A program made the translations under genes and the position numbers. From assembly GCA_964016885.1 (NCBI GenBank), contig OZ024742.1, forward strand, positions 290,470,001 to 290,534,000: 64,000 nucleotides of DNA. The letters run 5' to 3'. The stretch is from Eledone cirrhosa. Taxonomy: Eukaryota. Positions 13,518 to 26,699 of the stretch are shown piece by piece. Every line of letters begins with the position of its first letter. The first letter of the stretch is position 1. Under the pieces are notes generated by a model. It was not told the DNA's origin. It made no database searches and saw only the letters and a list, made by a program, of their open reading frames with translations.

Positions 13518-16011
13518 CCCTTTAGCATTCACATTAATTTTCAAATGTCATGCGTATCTATTCACATTATTTTGAGTTAATTATACTCAAGAGGGTTATC
13601 AATTTTAGCAGATTTGAAATTTTGTCAGCAGATATTAAAATATTAATAATTTACAATTGTATATTTTTACTGATTTTTGTTTATGGGCAGGTGAAATTAA
13701 TTAACAGGTGTAAAAGTAATGACTTTATGGATAAACACAAAAATTTAAACTTTATCTGACTTACCTGTTAGATTTGTTACAAAAAATATCCAACAATGAC
13801 CTAGATGTTGACTTCCAACAATTTTAGCACTTTTCCGAACAGGTGAATTAATTTAAAATGCAGTATAATCAGTGCCTGGTTTTAGTCTGTCTCTACGTTT
13901 TATGCAAATATTTTCATTGAAAAAAATGTATAAAACCCTTTCACCAGTCAAAATAATATTGGCAATGTACTCTTACACAATGTACTCAGTAGATTTAAAA
14001 AGAATGTGCTCAATATTTAAGTTCATTAACAGGTGTGACAGGTGAATGCAGGTGTTTTTGTATCTAATATGCTTTAATATATTTTTTAAATATTATTTTC
14101 AATATTGTCAGACAATATTCCTATCATGATATTGGCCAAAACAGCCTTTACATAATGGCACTTTGCAAAAGGAACACATAAATGAGGTTTCAATTGGATA
14201 ACCTTTAGCAGTTTTTCTCTTTTGTAAAGAGCACATTCGGCAAACCTTCTTCCCATCAATTTTCTCCACTTTATGAAAATCAATATTTCTTTGTTCACCT
14301 CAGATAATTTTGACTTTCTCCCAGCTTTGTGTTTGCAAGAAGTATATCCTCCACACAGCTGAGATGCGACATCCACACAAAATTTCACGTGGCAGTAGTC
14401 CTTTGGTGGTGGCGGATCCTTGTGGCTTTTAGTGAATACAATAAAAGAATTCACAATGGTTAAATTCACTAAAAACCACAAGATATATCTCCACCATTTC
14501 TTCCCAGGGCGTCCAACTGGGTAATATGTGCAATATTGATCGGATTTGTCAACCCCGCCCATACATTTATTATAGGAGAGGTTGACTAAAGGTTTACTTT
14601 CAGCCCCAACTCCTGGTTGCTGGTTAGAAGCAAAATTTGCCGTTTGTCTTTGTACAATGTGGCTAACATGTTCCCTTTTTGCACTTGGAGAGTGTCCCCT
14701 CTCTTTTTAAATTTTGTGATTTTTATTTCTTGGGGTTGCCCTTTGCGATTCCCCATTATTGTACAGCAGGTGTACGTATTTACGAGGGAAGAACCTCTGC
14801 TAGAAGCACTAAAGAAAAAAAACGATCAAAATATATGTGTCTGTGTTGAGAGTGGAATGGTTCAGTCAGAGACCACACAACATCATACCCCAATCCATTT
14901 TTTCTCTCTCCGTTGTGTTTCTTTCCTGTGTAAACATCAAAGTTTGCACAGTAGCCTGTGTCCGATTCACAGAGTTTCCACACCTTGATGCCCCATTTGG
15001 TGGGTTTAGTTGGCATATATTGTCTGAAATGTACTCTACCCTTATACCCAATCATAGCTTCATCAACACTAAGATTTTTCCCAGGTATATATACTGTTTT
15101 AAATTTTTCAGATAGTATTTTAATTAATGGTTGAACTTTATAAAGAGGGTCATAATTCAATTCATTTCTATCAGGGACATTTGAAGTATCAACCAGATGC
15201 AAATACTGGTTTAATTTTAAATACCTTGTTTTTGCCATAATACTTGATATATAAGGGTCACTAAACCTTATATCAGTGTTCCAGTAATTCCATAGTCTTG
15301 GAAATTGTTTTATACCAAACATAATATTTATGGTAAAAAACGCTTGCATCTCCGCAGCATCTGTCAGTCGCCATAACAGATCGGGTTTTCTTTGATTTGA
15401 AATTTGTTGTTGGGCATATCAATTAGTTTCTTTTGCCACAACTTTGGAAAAAGTTTGTGGCAAAAACAAAAAGAAATAATCCAGTGCTTTAGCATCAGGA
15501 GGTAATGTGTGTTGTGGACCAGTGTTTTCAATAAAATCGGGAACATGTATAGGTGTGGTATTTGTTGACCACGTTGCTGTAATATCTTCAATGGCGTCCT
15601 GGAGATCTCCTTTGTTTTCACTTTCAAAACAACAATCATCGTCGGATGAAATTTCAGAAATGTAAACATCTGATTAATTTGAGGATAAATCACTAATATT
15701 ATCTTTTGTTTCATCGTGTGTAAAACCTTCAAAGTCGGTATCGCTACTTTCACAAGCCATGTTGATACACACAAAAAAATCTGTTCTACTTTCAACGTTA
15801 AAAAAACACATGTTGTTTCAAGTTGTTTCACTATGTTAAGTATTAATTTTTGCAATAAGGGCCTAATCTCGAATTGACGAGATTTTGATGACGTATTGTT
15901 TATTTTTAGAACAATATTTTAGTGTGGGTGTAATTGGCCGTTTTGGGCCGGATTGAACAAATGAAGAGGAAATAATTGCGGCCGGTTTGGGCTGGTTTGA
16001 ACACTAAAGGG
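13518..16011 (-). mobile_element. Degenerate piggyBac DNA transposon (PGBD4-like transposase, frameshifted)
   Basis: TTAA TSDs; TIRs CCCTTTAGCATTCA / TGAACACTAAAGGG. ORF fragments contain VDEAMIGYKGR, YMPTKPTKWGIKVW, IYFDRFF and MGGVDKSDQ. Confidence 0.92.
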
Positions 16012-16704
16012 TTAATAATCTCTTCTTTTTACTCCTTTTGTCCTTAATATCTGCTTTGTGTGTATTGTGGAAGGAGATAACAGTGAATGATATGTTTCTA
16101 GGTCATGTGATTAGAAGCTATATCAGACTATTGGTGATGGTCAATGTGACATTCTTGAAAGGATTTCTTCATAGAATCCTTGTATCTTTCTTAATGTAAT
16201 TACATTAATGACACCAGTCTTCCAATACTCTATATATGAGTCTAATAATACTAACATAATTATTACCTCCTCCTACTCCTTCTCATCATCATCATCATTT
16301 AGCATCTACTTTCCCTGCTTAGGTTGGACGGGTTGTCACAGACCAAGTATGTACTTAATTGATGCCATTAACCTTTCAGACAAGATGGGAAACTAAATTT
16401 TGCTTACATACATTCCCGCATTGGGTGTCTTATTTTGGGACAGCAATAAAGAGGTTGCATGTCTTTGACATGACTAATAAATCCTCTTGACCCTTTGTTT
16501 AGTAATTTCTTTTTTTCAGCTTGATACCCTTTCTTTCACCAACCAGTTCACAGAATATACCGTATGCATTTTATCAAGCCACTAATACTACAGAGATTGA
16601 TCTGTTATTGACACAACTGACGAGTCCTTTTGACACATAACAACAATATGTAATTATTTTCAGTGTCCAAATTTCTTAGCTGTTACCCTAATTTACTCTT
16701 GTAG

Positions 16705-16932
16705 GTTGATGTTATTGTTAACAGCACCAATAAAGAACTCAATCTTAATTCTGGTGGTATCTCCAAATTTATTTTGCAAACTGCTGGTCCACAGATACAA
16801 GATGAGTGCAATGCAAATTATCCTCAAGGTATTTCTACATCTACAATAGCCGTCACAAAGGGCTATAACCTGAAATGTGAATATGTATTTCATGTTTGTT
16901 TACCTAGATGGGATAAAGATAAAGCTGATGAA
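16705..16932 (+). CDS. Exon D: N-terminal half of second macrodomain
   Basis: cttgtag acceptor, gtaagt donor, 228 nt, phase 0-0; VDVIVNSTNKELNLNSGGISKFILQTAGPQIQDEC...AVTKGYNLKCEYVFHVCLPRW. Confidence 0.93.
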
Positions 16933-18752
16933 GTAAGTATCAATTAAATACCATATCATCACCATCATCAACGTCTCCACCACCACCACCACCACCACCA
17001 TTGTCATTATTGCTATCATTATTTTCCATTCACTTTCTATGTTGACATAGGTTGGGCAGATTGTCAGGGTTTGAGCTTTAAGAATCACTTCAACAAACAT
17101 AACACTAGATGACTGGTTACCAAAGTGGGTTCTGCCGAACTCAAGGGTTCCGCAAAGGTGTGTCTGGGATTCCATGAAAATGGTAGAGGAGTATATTTGT
17201 ATTACAATCATATAACAGTATTAGACTTTGGGGTTCCCCAAATGTTTCTGCACCTAAAAGTGTTCCGCGTTTGAAAAGGTTTGGAAAAGCCTGCACGAGA
17301 TGAAGAAATTCATTAAATTTAGAGGATTAATGAATGACAGATATTTGAATAGATTGGTAGACCAAGCCATATATGAATATAGACCTGAATACAATGGAAC
17401 ACAAACTTCAGGCACCATAGCTATTAAAAATACACAAACTGGACATAAAGTATACTACTCTCGGATCCCAAATGATAGGGAATAAGCTGGGAAGGTCAGT
17501 AACTTTTCTAGGTTGTCTCCATTGATTTTTTAGAAAACCAGAATTAGTTGTTTAGTTTACATATTGAGACACCAAACCATCGTATTCATTCTATAATGTA
17601 TGGGATTTCAAGTAATGAAATTTTTCTTCTCATGTATAATGTTTTTTAATGTCTAAAGAAAATTAATTGTCGCAGGAATGCTACTTAAAATAAAATTTCA
17701 CCAGGGATAGAGTAGGATAATTTAATAAGCAGGGGATTGGAAAAAAACGGAAAAATTAATAAGTGGTGGGGGATGATTATTTGAGACATCTGAGAATATA
17801 TGAATTAAATGTATACAAACTACAAGACAGATGAATATGTAATCATAAATTTGCATCACACCAAACCATAAATTAACAGTTACAATGTACTAAAATGAAT
17901 AAACTCATTATTAACAGTATGCAAACCTAGAAATGAATAACACGATTTATTCATTTGGTTACAAAAATGAAAGTTATAAACTTCATGAAAACAACTGTTA
18001 CATTGGCCATTGATGTATAACACATACATGAATGCTCACCATCCATTTACAAGAACGAGAAATAGCAGCACACTACACCAGCCACCATAAGAGTGAGACC
18101 AGCCAAGCTTATGGATGTTATCCAACTATCTTGCTTGGGGTCTACCCTTGAGTCTCCTGCCGGTTGATTTTGTCTGTAAAATTTCTCCAGCATTTCTTTC
18201 CTGAGACATTCTTACCACATGCCCATAGTATTGAAGCTGTGATGTAGTGTCTCTACCTGGCGTGCCTCTCTGATCTCCGACCTACAACTTTATCGAGTAC
18301 CATTACTCCAAAGACCTTTCAGCAGAACCCTATTTTGGCCACTTGTATTTGCGATCGTATTCTTTCAGTCCTAATGCAAGATTCATGGTCATAGGTAAGG
18401 GTTGGCACAGAAATCAAATTGAAGATAGCGATTTTGGTTTTTATACCGGCCTCCCTTTTTCTGATTACTGAATGCTGAAGTGGCGCATTACTGCATCAGC
18501 TCCTGCGATGCTAACACTTAATTCAGCCTCTTGCCTTCCATCACTCATCACAGAAGAAAAACGTGTTTCATTGCTGCAAACATCCCTGTCCCATGAAACT
18601 CTTTTCCTTCTAACATGGTTGGTTCTGCAGCTAAACTTTCAAACTTTTTCTCATTGCCAAGACAATGCTTTCTGATTCCTATTCCATGAATAATAAATAT
18701 TTCCATGGTTGTCATTCTACCAAGCTTTCTTCATTTGATCATCCTATTATTG

Positions 18753-21700
18753 TTGCTAACCATTTTACATATCTCTTGCTAACAATTTAAACATCTCTTG
18801 CGAACCATTTGACATCTCTTGTTAACCATTTGACATCTCTTGTTAACCATTTGACATATATTACTCACCATTTGCCAATCTCTTGCTAACCATTTGTCAC
18901 AGGTCTTGCTTACCATTTGACAGATCCCTTGCTAACCATTTGGCATATTTCTTGCTAACCATTTAACATACTTCTTGCTAACCATTTGACATAATTGTTG
19001 CTAACCATTTTACATCTCTTGCTAACCATTTGACATATTTCTTACTAACAAATTGACATCTGCTGCTAACCATTTGACATATTTCTTACTAACAAATTGA
19101 CATCTGCTGCTAACCATTTGACATATCTGTTGTTAACCATTTGACGCATGTCTTGATAACCATGTGACATATCTCTAGCTAATCATTTGACATATCTCTT
19201 GCTAGCCATGTGACACATTGATACTTCTCTTGCTAACCATTTGACACATCTGTGACTAACCATGTGACATATCTTGCTAACTATTTGAAACATCTGTGGC
19301 TAACCATTTGACATATCTCTTGCTAACCATTTGACATCTTTTGCTAACCATTTGACATATCTCTTGATAACCATTTGACATATCTGTTGATAACCATTTA
19401 ACATCTCTTGCTAGCCATGTGACACATTGATATATCTCTTGTTAACCATCTGACACATCTCTTGCTAACCATTTGACATCTTTTGCTAACCATTAGACAA
19501 ATCTCTTGTTAACCATATGACATCTCTTGCTAACCATTTGACACTTCTTTTGCTAACCATTTGACATCTGTTGCTAACCATTTGAAAACGCTTGCTAACC
19601 ATGTACACATCTCTTGCTAACCATTTGACATCTCTTGCTAACCATTTGACACATCTCTTGCTAACCATTTGATATCTGTTGCTAACCATTTGAAAACGCT
19701 TGCTAACCATGTACACATCTCTTTCTAACAATTTGACACATTTCTTGCTAACCATTTGACATATCTTTTGCTAAGCATTTGATATATCTGTTGCTAGCCA
19801 TTTGGCATCTGTTGCTAACCATTTCACATCTTTTGCTAACCATTTCATACATCTTTTGTTAACAATTTGCCATATCTCTTGCTAACCATTTGAAATCTCT
19901 CGCTAAACATTTGACACATCCCTTGCTAACCATTTGGCGTATCTCTTCCTAACTGTTTGACATATTTTGTTAACCATTTGACATCTCTCTTGCTAACCAT
20001 TTGACATCTCTCTTGCTAACCATGTACACATCTCTTTCTAACCATTTGACACATCTGTTGCTAACCATTTGACATCTCTTGCTAAATATTTTACATCTCT
20101 TGGTAACCCTTTGGCATCTCTTGCTAACCATTTGACATATCTCTTGCTAACCATTTGAAATCTCTCGCTAAACATTTGACACATCCCTTGCTAACCATTT
20201 GGCATATCTCTTGCTAACTGTTTGACATATTTTGCTAACCATTTGCCATCTCTCTTTCTAACCATTTGACATCTCTCTTGCTAACCATTTGACATCTCTC
20301 TTGTTAACTGTCTGACATCTTTTGCTAAACATTTGACATATCTCTTGCTCACCACTTGACATCTTTTGCTAACCATTTGACATCTCTCTTGCTAACCATT
20401 TGACATCTCTCTTGCTAACCATGTACACATCTCTTTCTAACCATTTGACACTTCTGTTGCTAACCATTTGACATCTCTTGCTAAATATTTTACATCTCTT
20501 GGTAACCCTTTGGCATCTCTTGCTAACCATTTGACATATCTCTTGCTAACCATTTGAAATCTCTCGCTAAACATTTGACACATCCCTTGCTAACCATTTG
20601 GCATATCTCTTGCTAACTGTTTGACATATTTTGCTAACCATTTGCCATCTCTCTTTCTAACCATTTGACATCTCTCTTGCTAACCATTTGACATCTCTCT
20701 TGTTAACTGTCTGACATCTTTTGCTAACCATTTGACATATCTCTTGCTCACCACTTGACATCTTTTGCTAACTATTTGACATCTCTTGCTAATCATTTGA
20801 CACATCTCTTGCTAACCATTTGACACATCTCTTGTTAACCATTTGACATATTTCTTGTTTACCATTTGACATCTCTTGGTAACCATTTGACATCTGTTGC
20901 TAACCATGTACACATATTTTGCTAACTATTTAACACATTTCTTGCTAACCATTTGACATATCTTTTGCTAAGCATTTGATATATCTGTTGCTAAACATTT
21001 GGCATCTGTTGCTAAATATTTCACATCTTTTGCTAACCATTTCGTACATCTTTTGTTAATAATTTGACATATCTCTTGCTAACCATTTGAAATCTCTCGC
21101 TAAACATCTGACACATCCCTTGCTAACCATTTGGCGTATCTCTTCCTAACTGTTTGACATATTTTGCTAACCATTTAACATCTCTTGCTAGCCATGTGAC
21201 ACATTGATATATCTCTTGCTAACCATCTGACACATCTCTTGCTAACCATTTGACATCACTTGCTAACCATGTGACACATCTTTTGCTAACCATTTGACAT
21301 CTCTCTTGCTAACCATTTGACATCTCTCTTGCTAACCATTTGACATCTCTTGCTAAACATGTACACATCTCTTGCTAACCATTTGACATCTCTTGCTAAG
21401 TATTTTACAACTCTTGGTAACCATTTGGCATCTCTTGCTAAACATTTGACTTATGTCTTGCTAACAGTTGTACATATCTTTTGCTAAGCATTTGATATAT
21501 ATGTTGCTAACTATTTGACATCTTTTTCTAACCATTTCATACATCTTTTGTTAACCATTTGAAATTTCTCGCTAAACATCTGACACATCCTTTGTTAACC
21601 ATTTGGCGTATCTCTTCCTAACTGTTTGACATCTTTTGCTAACCATTTGACATCTCTCTTGCTAACCATTTGACATCTCTCTTGCTAACCATGTACACAT

Positions 21701-24374
21701 CGCTTTCTAACCATTTGACACATCTGTTGCTAACCATTTGACATCTCTTGCTTAATATTTTACATCTCTTGGTAACCCTTTGGCATCTCTTCCTAACCAT
21801 TTGACATATCTCTTGCTAACCATTTGAAATCTCTCGTTAAACATTTGACACATCCCTTGCTAACCATTTGGCGTATCTCTTGCTAACTGTTTGATATATT
21901 TTGCTAACCATTTGACATCTCTCTTGCTAACCATTTGACATCTCTTTTGCTAACCATTTGACATCTCTCTTGCTAACCATTTGACATCTCTCTTGTTAAC
22001 TGTCTGACATCTTTTGCTAACCATTTGACATATCTCTTGCTCACCACTTGACATCTTTTGCTAACTATTTGACATCTCTTGCTAACTATTTGACACATCT
22101 CTTGCTAACTATTTGACATCTCTTGCTAATCATTTGACACATCTCTTGCTAACCATTTGACATATTTCTTGTTAACCATTTGACATCTCTTGGTAACCAT
22201 TTGACATCTGTTGCTAACCATGTACACATGTTTTGCTAACTATTTAACACATTTCTTGCTAAGCATTTGATATATCTGTTGCTAAACATTTGGCATCTGT
22301 TGCTAACCATTTCACATCTTTTGCTAACCATTTCATACATCTTTTGTTAACAATTTGACATATTTCTTGCTAACCATTTGAAATCTCTCGCTAAACATTT
22401 GACACATCCCTTGCTAACCATTTGGCGTATCTCTTCCTAACTGTTTGACATAGTTTGCTAACCATTTAACATCTCTTGCTAGCCATGTGACACATTGATA
22501 TATCTCTTGCTAACCACCTGACACATCTCTTGCTAGCCATTTGACATCACTTGCTAACCATGTGACACATCTTTTGCTAACCATTTGACATCTCTCTTGC
22601 TAACCATTTGACATCTCTCTTGCTAACCATTTGACATCTCTTGCTAACCATGTACACATCTCTTGCTAAGTATTTTACAACTCTTGGTAACCATTTGGCA
22701 TCTCTTGCTAAACATTTGACTTATCTCTTGCTAACAGTTGGACATATCTTTTGCTAAGCATTTGATATATCTGTTGCTAACTATTTGACATCTTTTTCTA
22801 ACCATTTCATACATCTTTTGTTAACCATTTGACATATCTCTTGCTAATCATTTGAAATCTCTCGCTAAACATTTGATACATCCCTTGCTAACCATTTGAA
22901 ATCTCTCGCTAAACATCTGACACATCCCTTGTTAACCATTTGGCGTATCTCTTCCTAACTGTTTGACATCTTTTGCTAACCATTTGACATCTCTTCCTAA
23001 CTGTCTGACATCTTTTGCTAACCATTTGACATATCTCTTGCTCACCACTTGACATCTTTTGCTAACTATTTGACATATTTCTTGTTAACCATTTGACATC
23101 TCTTGGTAACCATTTGACATCCCTTGCTAACCATTTGACATATTTTGCCAACCATTTGACACATCTCTTGCTAATCATTTGACATCTCTTGCTAATCATT
23201 TGACATCTTTTGCGAACCTTTTGACAGCGCTTGCTAACCATTTGACATCACTTGCTAACCATGTGATACATCTCTTGCTAATCATTAAACATCTGTTGCT
23301 AATCATGTGACGCATCTCTTGCTAACCATTTGATACATCTCTTGCTAACTATTTGACATATCTCTTGCTAACCATTTGACATATCTCTTCATAAACATTT
23401 TACATCTCTTGCTAACCACTTGACACATCTTTTGCTAAGCATTTGATATATCTGTTGCTACCCATTTGACATGCCTTGCTGACCATTTGGCATATGTCTT
23501 GCTAACTATTTGACATCTTTTGCTAACCCTTTGACATATTTTGTGCTAACCATTTGACATCTCATTCTATCCATTTGACACACCTCTTGTTAACCATTTG
23601 ACATATCTCTTGTTAACCATTTGACACAACTCTTGATAACATTTGACATCTCTTGCTAACCATTTGGTATAGTTCTTGCTAACTATTTGACATATCTCTT
23701 GTTAACCATTTCACATATCTCTTGCTAACAATTTGACATCTCTTGCTAACCATTTGGCATATTTCTTGCTAACCATTTGACATACTTCTTGCTAACCATT
23801 TGACATATTTGTTGCTAACCATTTTACATCTCTTGCTAACCATTATACATATTTCTTACTAACAAATTGACATCTGCTGCTATCCTTTGGTATATCTCTT
23901 GTTAACCATTTGACGCATGTCCTGATAACCATGTGACATATCTCTAGCTAACCATTTGACCTATCTCTTGCTAGCCATGTGACACATTGATATATCTCTT
24001 GCTAACCATCTGACACATCTCTTGCTAACCATTTGACATCTTTTGCTAACCATTAGACACATCTCTTGTTAACCATATGACATCTCTTGCTAACCATTTC
24101 AGTTCTCTTGCTAACCATTTGACACATCTCTTTCTAATCATTTGACATCTCTTCCTAACCATTAGACACATCTCTTGTTAACCATTAGACCTCTTTTGCG
24201 AATATTTTGACATATCTTGCTAAGCATTGATACATCTCTTGCTAACCATTTGACATCTCTTGCTAACCATTTGACATATCTCTTGCTAACCATTTGGCAT
24301 CTCTTGGTAACCATTTGACATATCCCTTGCTAACTATTTGACATAGCTCTTGCTAGCCATTTGACACATTTCTT
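18753..24374. repeat. Intronic satellite, 20-22 bp monomer, consensus TGCTAACCATTTGACA(TA/CA)TCTCT
   Basis: ~5.6 kb of tandem diverged monomers with recurring variant order. Confidence 0.97.
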
Positions 24375-24594
24375 CACTGATTCTCATTCTTCCTCTGTGG
24401 TTGTTTTCCTCTTTCCTCAAAAGTCTTTCTAATGGATTTCTTTTCAGTCTTCTTGTTTCCTATGATAGATATAATTATAAGTGTTTTAAATCTTCAGCTC
24501 ATTATTTCCTGATTTCAAGGGCAGCATCTAATTAGGTATAATTTTATTCTTCTTTTCTTTTGTAACTGGCAACAAACAAACTGGTTGCTTGACA

Positions 24595-24740
24595 CTTGCT
24601 GTATTGCTGGTTACTGCCTTGTTGAGACTTGCTGAATTGCTGGTTACTGCCTTGTTGGGACTTACTGTATTGCTGGTTACTGCCTTGTTGGGACTTGCTG
24701 TATTGTTTGGACTTGCTGTAGGTTACTTACTACCTTGTTG
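24595..24740. repeat. 33-bp minisatellite upstream of exon E (about 3-4 units)
   Basis: Unit TTGCTGGTTACTGCCTTGTTGGGACTTACTGTA. Confidence 0.85.
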
Positions 24741-24816
24741 AAAGTGACTTACAATAACATTATTGTAAGATGTCATTGTAAAATATTAATTGCAAATTAT
24801 TAAACTTTTTTTTTAG

Positions 24817-25044
24817 GTATTGCAGTGTTTAGTTAACATAATAATCACTTCTCTAAAAGCTGCTGAGGAAAGGGGAGCCAAAAGCATTGCATTCCCTATA
24901 TTAGGGTCTGGAGAATTGAAGTACCCTCTTGACAAACTACCTTCAACCATGTATGAAGCAGTGAAAACATACTCACATAGAAATACAAGTCATATTGATG
25001 TTGTCAACTTTGTTATTTTACCTAAAGATTCAAACATAATAGAG
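24817..25044 (+). CDS. Exon E: C-terminal half of second macrodomain
   Basis: poly-T ag acceptor, gttggt donor, 228 nt, phase 0-0; VLQCLVNIIITSLKAAEERGAKSIAFPILGSGELKYP...VVNFVILPKDSNIIE. Confidence 0.92.
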
Positions 25045-25070
25045 GTTGGTTGATCTATTTTGTTTTCATT

Positions 25071-26133
25071 CATCATCATCATCATCATCATCGTTTAACG
25101 TCCATGTTCCACGCTTGCATGGGTTTGGACGGGAGTTTTCCCACTTGACGCAAGAGTGGTTGTCTTGCTCACATAGGACTGTCAGGCGGGTTTTCTACAG
25201 CTGGATGCCCTTCCTAACACCAACCACATTTACAGTGTGGGGCTGGGAGGTTTTTACCGTGTTGCCTACACGGCCACATTACAGCGTGGACTGTGTGTTG
25301 AAAGGGGCGGTGTGGATGGGGTGGGGGTGGTGGGACGGGGGTGTATTTTGTTAGAGATGCCTACTGACTGTAGTAGGTTTTACTTTGTATTTAGGTAAGG
25401 CAGGTCTTCTCTATTACTGAGTACCGCCAAAGATCTCGGTCCAGTGACATTGTCTTGGAGAGGTGTAAGTGTGTGAGGTCGGAATTTATCAGGTCGTCCC
25501 AGGTTTTTCTGGGTCTGCCTACTCCGTGGTTACCGTCTATCTTTTTTGCCCTGCACTTTGTTATACAGCTGTCGTCTTTCATGCGCATCATGTGACCATA
25601 CCAACGTAGCCTTCTCTCGAGTAAACAACATCTGATCCCTCTTATTTCTAATTTTTTCCTTAGTTCGTTTATGCTTTGCCGTTCACGTATATTACTATTA
25701 CACATCCAGCGGAGCATGCAAGCTTCGTTCCTCTCTAGTCTGCATATATCCTCTGCACACAATGCCCAGGTCTCACTGCCATGCAACATTGCTGTTCGTA
25801 TGCAGGCATCATACAACCTGCCTTTCATTTTTAGGGAGAACCCTTTAGCGGCTAATAGTGGTATAAGCTCTCTGAACTTTTTCCATCCAGTTCTGACTCT
25901 AGCTACTGTACTTTCCGAACACCCTCCCCCACTGCTGATTTTGTCACCCAGGTAACGGAAGCTGTCCACTATTTCTATAGAATCCTCTGCGCAATTGAAA
26001 GAGCTAGTATTCCCTGGGCACTTGCTGCTACTTATTGCACCAGAGCACCGGCCACATGTAAAATCTATGTTCTTAGTTAGCTTACCTGTGATCCCACTAC
26101 ATCTTTTATGCACCCATACTTTACATTTGGGAC
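25071..26133 (-). mobile_element. 5'-truncated RTE LINE with (GAT)n tail
   Basis: ORF 25391..26113 (FRYLG, MLHGSETW, RRLRWYGH, GRPRKTW); closely matches the 3' end of the RTE at 42600-46616. Confidence 0.93.
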
Positions 26134-26699
26134 TTAATATAGTAGAAAATATCTAAAATCTGCTTTGCTAATTCAAATATTTCTATCTTTGGTAGTGGAC
26201 ATATTATGAAAATTTGCAGTTGTAGAAGACTAAATCATTTTTTACTCTTATTACCATGTAATTATTTAGAAGAAAAGTATCTAGAAACGGATTTGTTAAT
26301 TCAAATGTTTATTGGTGGACAGTGTGTTGTTAACATTTTCAGTCTTAGAGTAAAGACTGTAATTTTTAATGTAATTTAGGCATAGTTATCTATATATATA
26401 AAACTGATGTCTGTGTGTCCTCATTTTTGCAAAGTCAATACAAATCCACATTTCTACTCCGATTGACTTGAAACTCGCATTTATATATTCCTTGCGGTCT
26501 AAAGATATTAACTGCCGCTTTTTTTTTCTTTCAATTTTCTGTTGTTAAAGGGTGTTAGGCGCCGGTTATCCATCTCCGTCGCGCTCTAATAATATCTGTC
26601 TGTATGCCTGGCTGTCTGCATAACGTCATTGCTGACTTATTATCTTCGCTACATTCACACACATACACGCGCGCACGCACATATATATATATATATACT

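Noticed and set aside
16693-16893. Minus-strand 66-aa ORF (also 47476..47676)
   Set aside because: Antisense to exons D/D', whose + frame gives clear macrodomain motifs.
18753-24374. CRISPR-like array or repetitive coding ORFs (MVSKRCQ...)
   Set aside because: Monomers are contiguous with no unique spacers, there are no cas genes and the context is a eukaryotic intron; the ORFs are chance read-throughs of satellite.
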